DNA from: a virus
IMG/VR virus record: IMGVR_UViG_3300045988_020332
Direction: 5' to 3' (one strand)
DNA length: 45,014 nucleotides
Shown here one piece after another: positions 15,435 through 25,138 of the stretch. Both the position numbers and the translations under genes were made by a program. The notes under the pieces were generated by a model, which saw nothing but the letters and a program-made list of their open reading frames with translations, had not been told where the DNA came from and did no database searches. Positions within the stretch are counted from its first letter, which is position 1. Every line of letters starts with the position of its first letter.

Positions 15435-18400
15435 TGCATCAGACGTATTCAAGCAGAAACTACAGGACGGAGAAAAAGTCTGGCAGGAAGTGGAAATCAC
15501 ATTTCCTGACGGAACTGTAAAAATCGTAAAAGATGAAATCATGGGCGAAAACTGCACCTTTTCCGATTGTGCAGAAAGTAGTAGCTTTCCGATTGGCTGC
15601 GTTGTTTGTAAATCCATGACATTGGAGTTGGACAACACTTCAGACCAGTGGAAAAACTATAACTTCTACATGGCGAAAGTTCATGCGTATCTTAAAATGC
15701 AGACCTCTGTAGCAAGTCCGGCTGCGACAGATGAATTGTTGGATGAAAGCCATGAGCCAATTCTTGACCAGAGTGGCGGTACGATTCTGACAACAAAAGC
15801 AGCGACAGAAGATAGAATTGAAAACATTGATAAAGGCGTATATACAATCACGACGCCGGAGCAGTATGGCGAATTACTTAGCTTTACGGCTCTTGATGAT
15901 ATGTACAAAGTGAACGCCACATATACATCAAAACTGGCATTGCCTCAGACAATAATAAGCCTTGTCAGAGATGCGTGCGATACATTGAGCATCCCATTTG
16001 GTGGAACAATGCAGCATGGTAATCTGATTATATCAGAGATTCCAGAGAATATGACATTTCGCCAGTTATTCGGATGGGCGGCAATGCTTGAGACTGCGAA
16101 CGCCCGTCTGGATAACAGAGGATACTTGCAGTTTATTAGATGGGATTTTTCCAATGTACAAGAAGATTACAGCGCAGTAGTGGACGCTGATGGAAATGTA
16201 ATATTTAAAGGCGGCGCAAATATTGACTCAGAGAACTTTATCAGTCCGACAGGGAACTGGACAATTGATAGTGATGGATTCTTGACACTGATTGAATCAG
16301 CTACTGACGCATCTGAAAAGCTCAAAGACTTTTTTACAAGTCCAACTGTTTCTAGTGATGATATTATAATCACTGGAATCAAGCTAAAAAATAGAGAAAA
16401 TGAAGCCATGTACGGAAGTACAGGATATGTTCTTGAATTGGAGAACGACCTTGTTGCGGATTCGGACTTGGAGACGGTAGCTGCTCAAATCGGCGATTCC
16501 ATAATTGGAGCCAAATTTCGCAACATGTCGGGAGAACTTGCGTATAATCCGCTCATTGAGTTCGGAGATATGGCATACACTTACGACCGCAGATGGAATA
16601 GATATATCACTCCGCTGACGGACGTTTCTTGCTCTGTTAATGGAAAAACTACTGTAAAAACTCAAGCCGATGATCCGATCAGAGGAATGAGCAAATTTGT
16701 TTCTGATGGAACGAAAGCCATTGCTGAAGCAAGACGACTTGTCAAAAAAGAACGTTCAGCTAGAGAAGAAGCTGTAAAAATGCTTGAAGATACTCTTAAA
16801 GAGTCTTCCGGCTTGTATGAAACATCGGTCACGCAGGAAGACGGCAGTACAATCACATATCTGCACGACAAGCCTACACTTGCAGAATCTAAGAATGTCA
16901 TCAAATTCACAGCAGAAGCCATTGGTGTATCCAATGATGGTGGTAAAACATATCCGTTTGGTTTCCAATTAACCGGAACCATGATAGCAAAATTGTTATA
17001 CGCAGAGGGAATTAATGCGGATTTTATTAACGCCGGTGCGCTTACTATTAAGGACGGGCAAGGAAATATAATCTTTTCCGTCAACATGGACACAAATTCT
17101 GTGTACATAAACCCGGAATATCTGATGATTGGAGATGTAAGCCTGTCTGACAAAATCAAAGAATTGGATGAAAATGTTGCCGCAGCTAAGAATATGACCA
17201 TGACGCTCTCGAATGAATATCAGGCAATTTCTACTGATGAGAACGGAAACATCCCCGGAGAGTTTCCACAGGTGCAGACCACCGCACAGGTAATGTATGG
17301 CACGATGGACGTAACGGACGATTGCAGTTATACGATCACAGAATCTGAAAATGTGACCGGAATCTGGAATAAAGCTACGCACACTTATACTGTTAGCGAA
17401 GTTACGGCAGACAATGTATGGGTTGATATCAAAGCAGTGTATCTGAATGCCATCACCATAACTAAAAGATTCAGCGTATCTAAGCAGAAATCTGGCACTC
17501 CCGGAAGAACTTACGTGTTAGAATCATCTACTACAATTCTGAAAAGAGAAAGTGAAAACAGCATAACGCCAAATGTTGTGATATTTAGCGCGCACTACCG
17601 TGATGGTGAGAATGCAGGTAGAAGAAATTATTCTGGAAGATTTGTGATTGAGGAAACGTCCGACGGAAAGACATGGGAGACCGCTTATTCGAGTGTAGTA
17701 GATGAGACCAGTGTTAACTACTATGTAGATTACATTTTTGCGGATTCTGATGGAATATTGATTGCAGACAGCGACGGTTCACTGATTGGTGCTCGTTCAA
17801 AAGATATCGTAGGATTACGGTGCAGCTTGTACGCATCGGGTGGAACCACGAATCTGATTGACACAGTCAAACTTGATGTTATCACAGAAGTCACGGCTCT
17901 GACACAGGAAGATATTTTGAAGCTTCTGACCAATGACGGAGAATGGAAAGGCATTTACAAAGGCGCAGACGGGGAACTGTACATTTCGTTCAGTGCCGCA
18001 ATGGGCGGATTATTGAAACTGGGCGGAAAAAACAATGGAAATGGTGCTTTACATATTTACGACGATGAGGGAAAGGTAAAAGCAACATTAAATTACAATG
18101 GACTTGTCGTGTATGAAAGTCCATTAAATCCTGACCCTACAGTATCCCAGACGTATTCAGGACTTCTTTTTGACGGTGCTTCAATTCATCCTGTTAAAGG
18201 CAAAACAAACTTATCGGATGATGAAATTATCATTGTTGCCGATGATAGAGGGATTTCCTATTCCCGGCTCAATGATAATGGTGAACTTATTTTTGAAGCA
18301 ACATTTGAAGAATTGTATACAGACTTTTTTTCTTGTGGCGAGTTTTATTGCGAATTCGGAGAAGCAAAACTTGATAGCTTGGAAATCGAAAATGTATTTA

Positions 18401-18900
18401 CTGCAAAGAAAACGCTTGGTGGCAATGATTTTTTTAATGCAGAATTTCAAAAAGAGTTATCTTGTCGAGGCGGAATTCGAGTATATAGTTATCCAACAGT
18501 CACAAGTGGATACAATTGTTATATCAATCAAAATACTTACCAGTTATCCAGATTCAGTTCTTCATCCGAACGCTACAAAATTCTTGGAGCAGAGCTGTCT
18601 AAAGAATTTATCGACAACCTGTACAATATCAAACCAATAATGGCACGGTACAAAGACGGTTATCTTGACGAACATGATGAACGCGTAGGAATAAATTTTC
18701 CGATGTTCAATGCCGATGACGTTGACAAATATTTTCCTCTGGCAGTCGATCATATAGACGGAAAACCCGAGAACTGGAATGAACGTATTATGGTTCCGGC
18801 AATGTTCGCGATGCTCAAGCAGCAAAAATCAGAAATAGACAACCTAAAAGAGGATATTAAAGAACTGAGAAAAATTATAAAAGAAATGAGAGGTGAATAA
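15427..18900 (+). CDS. Tail-associated/receptor-binding protein with a C-terminal peptidase-S74 intramolecular chaperone domain
   Basis: 1157 aa. TTG start overlaps the upstream stop. The C-terminus from 18550 (RFSSSSERYK...GINFPMFNADDV...coiled coil) matches the S74 autoproteolytic chaperone layout. Confidence 0.8.
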   Translation: MINASDVFKQKLQDGEKVWQEVEITFPDGTVKIVKDEIMGENCTFSDCAESSSFPIGCVVCKSMTLELDNTSDQWKNYNFYMAKVHAYLKMQTSVASPAATDELLDESHEPILDQSGGTILTTKAATEDRIENIDKGVYTITTPEQYGELLSFTALDDMYKVNATYTSKLALPQTIISLVRDACDTLSIPFGGTMQHGNLIISEIPENMTFRQLFGWAAMLETANARLDNRGYLQFIRWDFSNVQEDYSAVVDADGNVIFKGGANIDSENFISPTGNWTIDSDGFLTLIESATDASEKLKDFFTSPTVSSDDIIITGIKLKNRENEAMYGSTGYVLELENDLVADSDLETVAAQIGDSIIGAKFRNMSGELAYNPLIEFGDMAYTYDRRWNRYITPLTDVSCSVNGKTTVKTQADDPIRGMSKFVSDGTKAIAEARRLVKKERSAREEAVKMLEDTLKESSGLYETSVTQEDGSTITYLHDKPTLAESKNVIKFTAEAIGVSNDGGKTYPFGFQLTGTMIAKLLYAEGINADFINAGALTIKDGQGNIIFSVNMDTNSVYINPEYLMIGDVSLSDKIKELDENVAAAKNMTMTLSNEYQAISTDENGNIPGEFPQVQTTAQVMYGTMDVTDDCSYTITESENVTGIWNKATHTYTVSEVTADNVWVDIKAVYLNAITITKRFSVSKQKSGTPGRTYVLESSTTILKRESENSITPNVVIFSAHYRDGENAGRRNYSGRFVIEETSDGKTWETAYSSVVDETSVNYYVDYIFADSDGILIADSDGSLIGARSKDIVGLRCSLYASGGTTNLIDTVKLDVITEVTALTQEDILKLLTNDGEWKGIYKGADGELYISFSAAMGGLLKLGGKNNGNGALHIYDDEGKVKATLNYNGLVVYESPLNPDPTVSQTYSGLLFDGASIHPVKGKTNLSDDEIIIVADDRGISYSRLNDNGELIFEATFEELYTDFFSCGEFYCEFGEAKLDSLEIENVFTAKKTLGGNDFFNAEFQKELSCRGGIRVYSYPTVTSGYNCYINQNTYQLSRFSSSSERYKILGAELSKEFIDNLYNIKPIMARYKDGYLDEHDERVGINFPMFNADDVDKYFPLAVDHIDGKPENWNERIMVPAMFAMLKQQKSEIDNLKEDIKELRKIIKEMRGE

Positions 18901-18901
18901 T

Positions 18902-19339
18902 ATGGCAGATGCATTAGATTCAAAGAAAATCAGCGCATTCATTGACAATGCAACACCGGCAGATACAGATTACTTCCTTAATGCGACTGGAGATGTAATG
19001 AAAAAAACAAAAGTGTCGCAACTGATCACATGGCTGAAGGAGAAGCTGGAGATCAATTCGCTAAACACGAAGTTGACGGATTATGTAATGATTAAAACAT
19101 TTTCTAAATCCGTCACTCTCTCAAATGGTGGTGGCGATATACTATTTTCAAATATAGCATTGACAGGATACACTGCAATTGGGATCGTGCAGTGTAGCTT
19201 TTCCAGTTCCTGGATAGCTTCAACTGGTATGTATGTTGATAGTGCCGGAGCTCACGTTACTGTAAGAGATGTCGGAAGTCCTACGTCTTCTAGTGTCACT
19301 GTGAATTGTTACGCAAAAGTTCTGTATGTAAAAAAATAA
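18902..19339 (+). CDS. Hypothetical tail-associated protein
   Basis: GAGAGGTG RBS before ATG 18902. Assigned by position. Confidence 0.45.
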   Translation: MADALDSKKISAFIDNATPADTDYFLNATGDVMKKTKVSQLITWLKEKLEINSLNTKLTDYVMIKTFSKSVTLSNGGGDILFSNIALTGYTAIGIVQCSFSSSWIASTGMYVDSAGAHVTVRDVGSPTSSSVTVNCYAKVLYVKK

Positions 19340-19481
19340 TTAAACTTTCACAAACTGCAAAATATCAAATGTACCAGTACCAGAACGGATTCCTGACTAA
19401 CAGCTGAACCGTGCATATAGCACCGATGCAACATTTCTTGTTTTTACAATTTGCTGAATTTTAGAAAGAGAGGACAAAAGA

Positions 19482-21140
19482 ATGCTAAAAGAAAATATCA
19501 CAGTACTTAGGAAAATCTTATATGCGGTCGAAACCGGTGGACAGGTATATGGAAATCAACGTTACAATGCGTTCATTGGCGCCGGTGCAAACACTCCGAA
19601 CGAAAAAGCAATCACTATCGGAGCTGGTCAGTGGTATGCAGGTGAAGCCAAACGGCTCTTGCAAAAAATACAGAGAGGAAATCCGGCACTATTCAAAAAA
19701 ATGGACACTCAGGGGCTTGAATCTGACCTGTTGAAAAAGAACTGGTCTACCTATGCAATTTCCCCGTCATCCGCAAAAGCGAAATGTATCATTTCTATCA
19801 TCAGTTCCGATCTCGGCATCAAGTGTCAGAATGAGCTGATGGAAGAACAGATTGGCGAATATTCTGAAAGTATCGCGAAGAAATACGGGACCATGCCGGA
19901 CGATGCCATGATGGAATGCATCAACATTATTCATCAGGGCGGCGCATCTGCATTGCAGAGAATCCTGAGTAAGGCCAAAAAGCCTTATACTTCAGAAACC
20001 ATCTATGCAGCATTATGCACAGACCCAGTAGACCCGAGACCGAATCAGGTTGGTGACTATACGACAAGGCAGAAGAAAGTCATCGAGATGATTCGAAAAT
20101 ATGCAAAAAAGGAGGCAATGACAGTGGCAAAAACAAAATTACAGGAATTTACCGATCTCGGTGATTATTACGCATCCAATGGCGGGTACCTTGAAAAGAA
20201 AAGCAATGCTTATCTGGATGATTTTAAAAAGAATGCAGGATATAACAATTATACCAAATTTGCCCGTGATGTAGATTCTTGGGGGCAGCCGGGATGTCAG
20301 GGACAGCCATGGTGCGCGGAATACCAGTTCTGGAAGTTGGCGAAAGTCTTAGGTATTACAAAAGCATTACAGATCATGGGCGGTGGATTCTACAATTGCG
20401 TATCCATCACTAATCATGCCAAAGCTAATGGAACATGGCACAAATCGCCAAAAGTAGGTGCGTTGATTATATTCCGTAACGGTTCCCATGTCGGCTCTGT
20501 TCGGAAATACAACAAAACCTATGTCTACACCAATGAGGGTAACACATCCAGCGTGGCAGGTGTTGTTGCCAATGGCGGCGCATGTCGAAATAAACAGTAT
20601 AAGCTTACAGATTCCGCTATTGACGGTTATGTTTGGATTGACTGGGGAGAAGAGAAAACTGTTACAGAAACATGGAAAGCAACCGGCACAGCCACATCCA
20701 CAGTAGACGATTTATATGTTCATGAGACACCGAACGGATATGTTCTCGGACAGATCAACAAGGGAAATCGTGTAGAAATCAGTGGTGAGAAATCCGGTAT
20801 GTGGACGAAAGTCAAAGTTGCAGGAATCGGCATTGGATGGGCGGCAACTAAGTATTTGCAAGTTGACGGAGTAAAAAACACAACCACAACGATTTCTAAA
20901 AAACAAGATAAGACGCAGAGATTGTACACTGGACAGGTTACAGCTTCCAGCCTGAACGTCCGCACATGGGCTGGGGCAGAATACCCGAACATCAAAAAGT
21001 ACCCAACGTTAAACAAAGGAAATAAGGTCGATGTTATGAACTTTACTCAGAAAGCCAAAGACGGAGTATCTTGGTACTATATCAGAATTGCTGGAAAATA
21101 CTTCGGATTTGTTTCTGCAAAATACATTAAAAAAGTATAA
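19482..21140 (+). CDS. Endolysin: N-terminal putative glycosidase-like domain, central CHAP domain, two C-terminal SH3b-like repeats
   Basis: CHAP-like Cys (GQPWCAEYQFW) and His (NGSHVGSV). Two repeats of the VxxxxLNVRxxP / WxKV type at the C-terminus. N-terminal AVETGGQVYG. Confidence 0.8.
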   Translation: MLKENITVLRKILYAVETGGQVYGNQRYNAFIGAGANTPNEKAITIGAGQWYAGEAKRLLQKIQRGNPALFKKMDTQGLESDLLKKNWSTYAISPSSAKAKCIISIISSDLGIKCQNELMEEQIGEYSESIAKKYGTMPDDAMMECINIIHQGGASALQRILSKAKKPYTSETIYAALCTDPVDPRPNQVGDYTTRQKKVIEMIRKYAKKEAMTVAKTKLQEFTDLGDYYASNGGYLEKKSNAYLDDFKKNAGYNNYTKFARDVDSWGQPGCQGQPWCAEYQFWKLAKVLGITKALQIMGGGFYNCVSITNHAKANGTWHKSPKVGALIIFRNGSHVGSVRKYNKTYVYTNEGNTSSVAGVVANGGACRNKQYKLTDSAIDGYVWIDWGEEKTVTETWKATGTATSTVDDLYVHETPNGYVLGQINKGNRVEISGEKSGMWTKVKVAGIGIGWAATKYLQVDGVKNTTTTISKKQDKTQRLYTGQVTASSLNVRTWAGAEYPNIKKYPTLNKGNKVDVMNFTQKAKDGVSWYYIRIAGKYFGFVSAKYIKKV

Positions 21141-21145
21141 AATTT

Positions 21146-21180
21146 AAGCCCCTTGGAGTTAATCCTTGGGGCTTCTTTGC
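21146..21180 (+). terminator. Terminator after the lysin gene
   Basis: AAGCCCCTTGG...CCTTGGGGCTT imperfect hairpin followed by a T-rich run. Confidence 0.5.
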
Positions 21181-21475
21181 ATTGTATTGCATCAAATTCG
21201 GAATGATAAGAATTTTCTGGTTAGTCACATGTTGGTCACAAATAAATTGTTGGAATCCGCATAAATACGGCATTCTTACCTACTTTGCCTTTTCTAATGT
21301 AAATATTTTTACAACCTTCGCAAAGACGCATAAATACTGAAAAATGTTGATTTTATGCGGGCTTACGGGCTCTATATAGACATGTTTTGGTAAAATAAAA
21401 ATGTCTTAAAAAGGAACGGTTAGTCACAGTTAGTCACAAATGGTTACTTTAACTATTTGCCGTTGGTCACAAAAG
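21181..21475. repeat. Putative attP region with arm-type integrase-binding repeats
   Basis: GGTTAGTCACA at 21219 and 21418. GTTAGTCACAAA at 21429. GTTGGTCACAAA at 21231 and 21462. 9-bp inverted repeat CCGCATAAA (21257) / TTTATGCGG (21352) flanks an AT-rich core. Confidence 0.6.
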
Positions 21476-22631
21476 GAACTTTTATCTTTTTAATCTCTGA
21501 CCGGAGTTCTTCTAGGGTTCTGTGACCGTATACAGCGTTCGTGACATCGTTCCCAAACGAATGTCCCAACATCCTCTTCCGGTCGTTCTCCCGGACGCCA
21601 TATTTTTCACATAAAGCAGAGAATGTATGTCGGCAATCATGCGGTGTATGCTTTGGGTTTCCGACTATTCCTAATTTCTCCAATATTGGATAGAAACGAA
21701 ACATTCTGTAAGTGACTTTATTCATATTCAGTAGAGTTCCATCAGTATCAATTCTTGATTTGACAAAGTTGTAAATACATGGATGGATAGGAACGATCCT
21801 GTCTTTGCCGGCTTTTGTTTTTGAACCACCTTGGAAATATCTTTTGTCCAGATTAACTTCCAGATTTTCAAGCTCTCCAATTCTCCAACCAGAATAGCAC
21901 ATGATCAGAATAAGTTGTACATCAGTGTCTGCTGAATTTTTCCATAGGATCTTCAATTCCTGCTCAGAAAAAGCAGTGCCATGCTCAGTGTCATCCTCTT
22001 TGTTTATCTTGACAAATTTAGATTTGTTTTCTGAAACGATCTCAGCGTATATTGCGTATTTATACATCTGGTTAAAAAGTACCAGTATTGCTTTCAGGCT
22101 TCCTTTTTTCAGTCCTTTTTGATTGTCAATGAATTCCTGCAGATTTGTAGCTTTTAAATCTTCGAAAGGTTTGTTATATAATGTCGTGCAATACGAATAG
22201 GCTGCCGAGTAGTTTGATTTCGTTGCTTTCGAGTAATTCGTTCCTTCGGCGAACTTCCATGCCATAAATCGTTCATATACCTCTGCAAACGTTAATTTCT
22301 TAATCTCTGGATCTTTGCCCTCTACTCCTTTTATCGTTCCGTAATCAGCCAATATGCGTGTCACAAGGGTATCTGTGTCGGTAGTAGGCGATACTGGTAA
22401 GTCATTCTCCATCCCGGGCTTGTACGTTCCGGCTTTGCAGGCGGTCAAAACAGCGAAGCCTTTCAGCCAGTCATCAACGTAGCAGATCGCAGGCGGACGG
22501 ACTGCTTTTCCTGTTGTGTCCAGTGTAGCTGGCGGATGCACAGCATAACAATTCCTCCGATTCTTGCCAAGATAACGGATGCTCCCGAATCCGTTTGGCA
22601 ATTTTGGATAAGTTTTTCTTTTCTTCGGCAT
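21453..22631 (-). CDS. int: Tyrosine integrase
   Basis: C-terminal catalytic motifs HDCRHTF, LGHS and VYGHRT. AAGGAGGG RBS 7 nt before ATG at 22631. Confidence 0.9.
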   Translation of the reverse strand: MPKKRKTYPKLPNGFGSIRYLGKNRRNCYAVHPPATLDTTGKAVRPPAICYVDDWLKGFAVLTACKAGTYKPGMENDLPVSPTTDTDTLVTRILADYGTIKGVEGKDPEIKKLTFAEVYERFMAWKFAEGTNYSKATKSNYSAAYSYCTTLYNKPFEDLKATNLQEFIDNQKGLKKGSLKAILVLFNQMYKYAIYAEIVSENKSKFVKINKEDDTEHGTAFSEQELKILWKNSADTDVQLILIMCYSGWRIGELENLEVNLDKRYFQGGSKTKAGKDRIVPIHPCIYNFVKSRIDTDGTLLNMNKVTYRMFRFYPILEKLGIVGNPKHTPHDCRHTFSALCEKYGVRENDRKRMLGHSFGNDVTNAVYGHRTLEELRSEIKKIKVPFVTNGK

Positions 22632-22754
22632 GGTATTTCCCTCCTTGAATGTGAACAAATTTTCTGGATTGCTCAAAAATACCGAAGATGATACAATATA
22701 ATCCGGTCAAAGAACATATATCAATATCATCTTGGTTGTGTTCTCATTTACGAA

Positions 22755-22790
22755 AACCGGTTCCCGTTGGTAGCGAGAGCCGGTTCTTTT
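22755..22790 (-). terminator. Hairpin terminator (T-runs on both strands)
   Basis: AACCGGTTC / GAGCCGGTT stem (one G-U pair), with TTTT on either strand. Confidence 0.6.
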
Positions 22791-22796
22791 TAGTAT

Positions 22797-23351
22797 TTAT
22801 TCTATTTCTGTAATATCAAAAGAATATCCAAGGACTTCTCCGACATCTGTGCATTTTCCTTTTAATGTAACTGTATCGCCTTTTGTAAGAGCGGATATTT
22901 TTGCCTTCTGGTCATCATTTTTAATGTAACACTGGACGCCAATGATTTCAAAGTCTCCATCGGCCATGAGATCAATATATTTTCCGCCTGCATCAATATT
23001 TGTGAGTTTTCCAGTAATCTCAAGGTATTTGCCTTTGTATTTGTCAGATGCTCCCATAGCGTTATTATTAAGGGCATCCATCATGTCATTTACAGATACA
23101 GATGTATATTCGATTGACTCAGATTCCTGTTTCTGACTGTCTGAAGCAGTTGCCTCTGTTTGTTTTGTCGTACTATCAGCGGATTTGTCTTCGCCTGTGA
23201 CAGCACCGATAACCACTCCTATGATAAGTATTAATACAACCCATTTTAATATTCCGCTTTTTTGTTTCTTTCTGCAATGTGGACATATTTTTGCATCTTT
23301 TGGAATGTCCATCTTGCAATGTTTGCATTTCTTTGTTTTTTCTTCGCTCAT
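22797..23351 (-). CDS. Zinc-ribbon, TM helix and OB-fold (tRNA_anti-like) membrane protein
   Basis: CKHC...CPHC at the N-terminus, TM helix WVVLILIIGVVIGAV, C-terminal YKGKYLEITGKL...TKGDTVTLKGKC pattern. Confidence 0.65.
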   Translation of the reverse strand: MSEEKTKKCKHCKMDIPKDAKICPHCRKKQKSGILKWVVLILIIGVVIGAVTGEDKSADSTTKQTEATASDSQKQESESIEYTSVSVNDMMDALNNNAMGASDKYKGKYLEITGKLTNIDAGGKYIDLMADGDFEIIGVQCYIKNDDQKAKISALTKGDTVTLKGKCTDVGEVLGYSFDITEIE

Positions 23352-23354
23352 GCT

Positions 23355-24059
23355 TTATTTCCCTCCAATGACGTAGTTTTCATATTTTTCTCTTATTTTC
23401 GCAAGTTTTTTTTGCCTGATCGGGACGATCGCGCCAGATACCATCGTAAAAAAATGGCTTACTTCGATTACCTCGTCCATATTAACTATATAGCTCTGGT
23501 GGCAGCGCAAAAATCTTCCGTCAAGATTCTTCTCAATATCATTGAGCTTTCCTCGTTCCTTGTGTGATATTCCGCACGTGCAATGGATGATTATGTATTT
23601 GTTCTGGCTTTCGATGTATTCAATATTCCGGAATTCAGCTCTGTGAAAGTAGTTCTTGTTCTTGATAGTAAGCGTTTTTTCACGGATATTTTCAAGCGTC
23701 TGTTCAACAACTGAATACATTCTTCCATGCTCAGAGCCTTTAATGATGTAATGAACCGGCAGCACATCAAGTGCATCAAATACATATTCTTTGCGTTCTG
23801 TCCAAAAAGTGATATTTCCATAGTATCCGATTTTTCTTAATCTTTTGGCAATCTCTATGCCATTTTCTCCGTTAATGGAGACATCAAGAATTATTATGTC
23901 ATACCATTCACCATCTGAAACATCGTCGATCAAAGGCTTTCCGCTGGTGTAGGTGGTTAATGTATATCCACCATCACCATGCTCTTTTAGATATCGGTCA
24001 ATGCTATTTTTGAAAATCTCAATCCGTAAATTATCATCGTCACAAATCGCAATTTTCAT
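23355..24059 (-). CDS. Orphan response regulator, receiver plus LytTR DNA-binding domain (AgrA/LytR class)
   Basis: MKIAICDDD, IIILDV and PVHYIIKG receiver motifs. C-terminal LytTR-like IEYIESQNKYIIIH...LRCHQSYIVN. Confidence 0.85.
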   Translation of the reverse strand: MKIAICDDDNLRIEIFKNSIDRYLKEHGDGGYTLTTYTSGKPLIDDVSDGEWYDIIILDVSINGENGIEIAKRLRKIGYYGNITFWTERKEYVFDALDVLPVHYIIKGSEHGRMYSVVEQTLENIREKTLTIKNKNYFHRAEFRNIEYIESQNKYIIIHCTCGISHKERGKLNDIEKNLDGRFLRCHQSYIVNMDEVIEVSHFFTMVSGAIVPIRQKKLAKIREKYENYVIGGK

Positions 24060-24127
24060 GTAAATCATTCCCTTGTAAACATTGTTTTCGCCATTTGCAA
24101 AAAAAAGTGTTTAAATATGTTATTTTT

Positions 24128-24156
24128 ATTATAGCATCGTTAAATTTAGTTGTAAA
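24128..24156 (-). promoter_or_regulatory. Sigma-A type promoter for the regulator operon
   Basis: On the - strand: TTTACA (24156..24151), 17-nt spacer, TATAAT (24133..24128). Confidence 0.65.
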
Positions 24157-24181
24157 TAGACGTTTTGAGGTGATTTATGAA

Positions 24182-24502
24182 ATGAAAATAATCAAAAATA
24201 TACTAATTATAATAGGAGCTGTGCTTTTGCTTAATTACATTGTTTATTTACCAATGTGTGTAGACGATTATATCCGTGAAGAGTCGGAAGTGTATTCTGT
24301 CCAAAATGCGTACAGATCTTCTACCCTACATAAGAATAGTGCCCATGAAATAAAGCAGACCATGCCGCCGTTTTTATTCGCCCTGCCACTAAACAGAAAA
24401 GACTATATCTTTGATGTTACGAATAATTTCTATGCAATCATAAACATATCGGTGTATATCTGGCAGTTGCCAAGGGCAAACATTAGTGATATAATGGCAT
24501 GA
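24182..24502 (+). CDS. Hypothetical N-terminally anchored membrane protein
   Basis: GAGGTGA RBS. MKIIKNILIIIGAVLLLNYIVYL signal-anchor. Confidence 0.45.
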   Translation: MKIIKNILIIIGAVLLLNYIVYLPMCVDDYIREESEVYSVQNAYRSSTLHKNSAHEIKQTMPPFLFALPLNRKDYIFDVTNNFYAIINISVYIWQLPRANISDIMA

Positions 24503-24584
24503 AACGAACTAATGTTCGGTTCTATTTCCCACAGCCGGACATATACTGTAGTGTAAGTAGTAGTTGCGACAGGGAGGGTTATTT

Positions 24585-24677
24585 ATGGACTATAAAGAAA
24601 AAATAATTAAACTTTTAGAAAAGATGGACTCCAGAAAATTAAAGATAATTTATCATTTTGTTCGTGGTATCTTATAA
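24585..24677 (+). CDS. 30-aa helical peptide (MDYKEKIIKLLEKMDSRKLKIIYHFVRGIL)
   Basis: GGGAGGG RBS 7 nt upstream. Ends at the bidirectional terminator. Below the ORF-track size cutoff. Confidence 0.4.
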   Translation: MDYKEKIIKLLEKMDSRKLKIIYHFVRGIL

Positions 24678-24680
24678 AAA

Positions 24681-24712
24681 GAGAGCAGGTGTTATTCCTG
24701 CTCTTTTTTGTT
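24681..24712. terminator. Bidirectional terminator shared by convergent genes
   Basis: GAGAGCAGG / CCTGCTCT stem with A-run upstream and T-run downstream. The repressor stop codon lies in the loop. Confidence 0.7.
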
Positions 24713-25087
24713 TTGAAGCAAATTTGCAATTTTTTCAAGTGTTTCCCAATCAGATTCATCTAATGATGAAAGCATGGCAATAAACCTTTTTTTGAACGTT
24801 TCAGATTCGTTTTCAAAAGTTCTTCCAACAAACTCGGAAATTTGAGCATCTCTTAAATCATCACATTCTTTATCGCCAGTCCCGTACATAAGCCATTCCA
24901 TATTAATTCCAAATTCTTTGCAAATCAGCTTATATATAGGTTCTTTCTGGTCAGGACGTTTCAATCTATCATATTCTATATTGACAATAGCGTTTTCGCT
25001 AGTGCCGAGAACCTCTCCGAATTTTCTTCGGGACATGTGATGTTCTTCTCTGATAGATCGGATCCTTTCTCCTATCGTTTCCAACAT
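24692..25087 (-). CDS. XRE-family CI-like repressor
   Basis: N-terminal HTH IRSIREEHHMSRRKFGEVLGTSENAIVNIEYD. AAAGGAGGAAC RBS before ATG at 25087. Divergent from the early promoter. Confidence 0.8.
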   Translation of the reverse strand: MLETIGERIRSIREEHHMSRRKFGEVLGTSENAIVNIEYDRLKRPDQKEPIYKLICKEFGINMEWLMYGTGDKECDDLRDAQISEFVGRTFENESETFKKRFIAMLSSLDESDWETLEKIANLLQNKKEQE

Positions 25088-25109
25088 TGTTCCTCCTTTC
25101 TTAATATGA

Positions 25110-25138
25110 AGTATACCATTATTACGCTTGTTGGTCAA
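25110..25138 (-). promoter_or_regulatory. Repressor promoter (PRM-like)
   Basis: On the - strand: TTGACC, 17-nt spacer, TATACT with an upstream TG. Confidence 0.6.

Noticed and set aside
15427-19339. Diversity-generating retroelement targeting the tail or receptor genes
   Set aside because: There is no reverse transcriptase ORF anywhere in the genome, and no template/variable repeat pair was noticed.
19360-19420. Fourth copy of the late box upstream of the endolysin (AAATGTACCAGTACCAGAAC)
   Set aside because: Only about 10 of 20 positions match, and there is no TGnTAnnnT element 11 nt downstream. Probably a chance resemblance.
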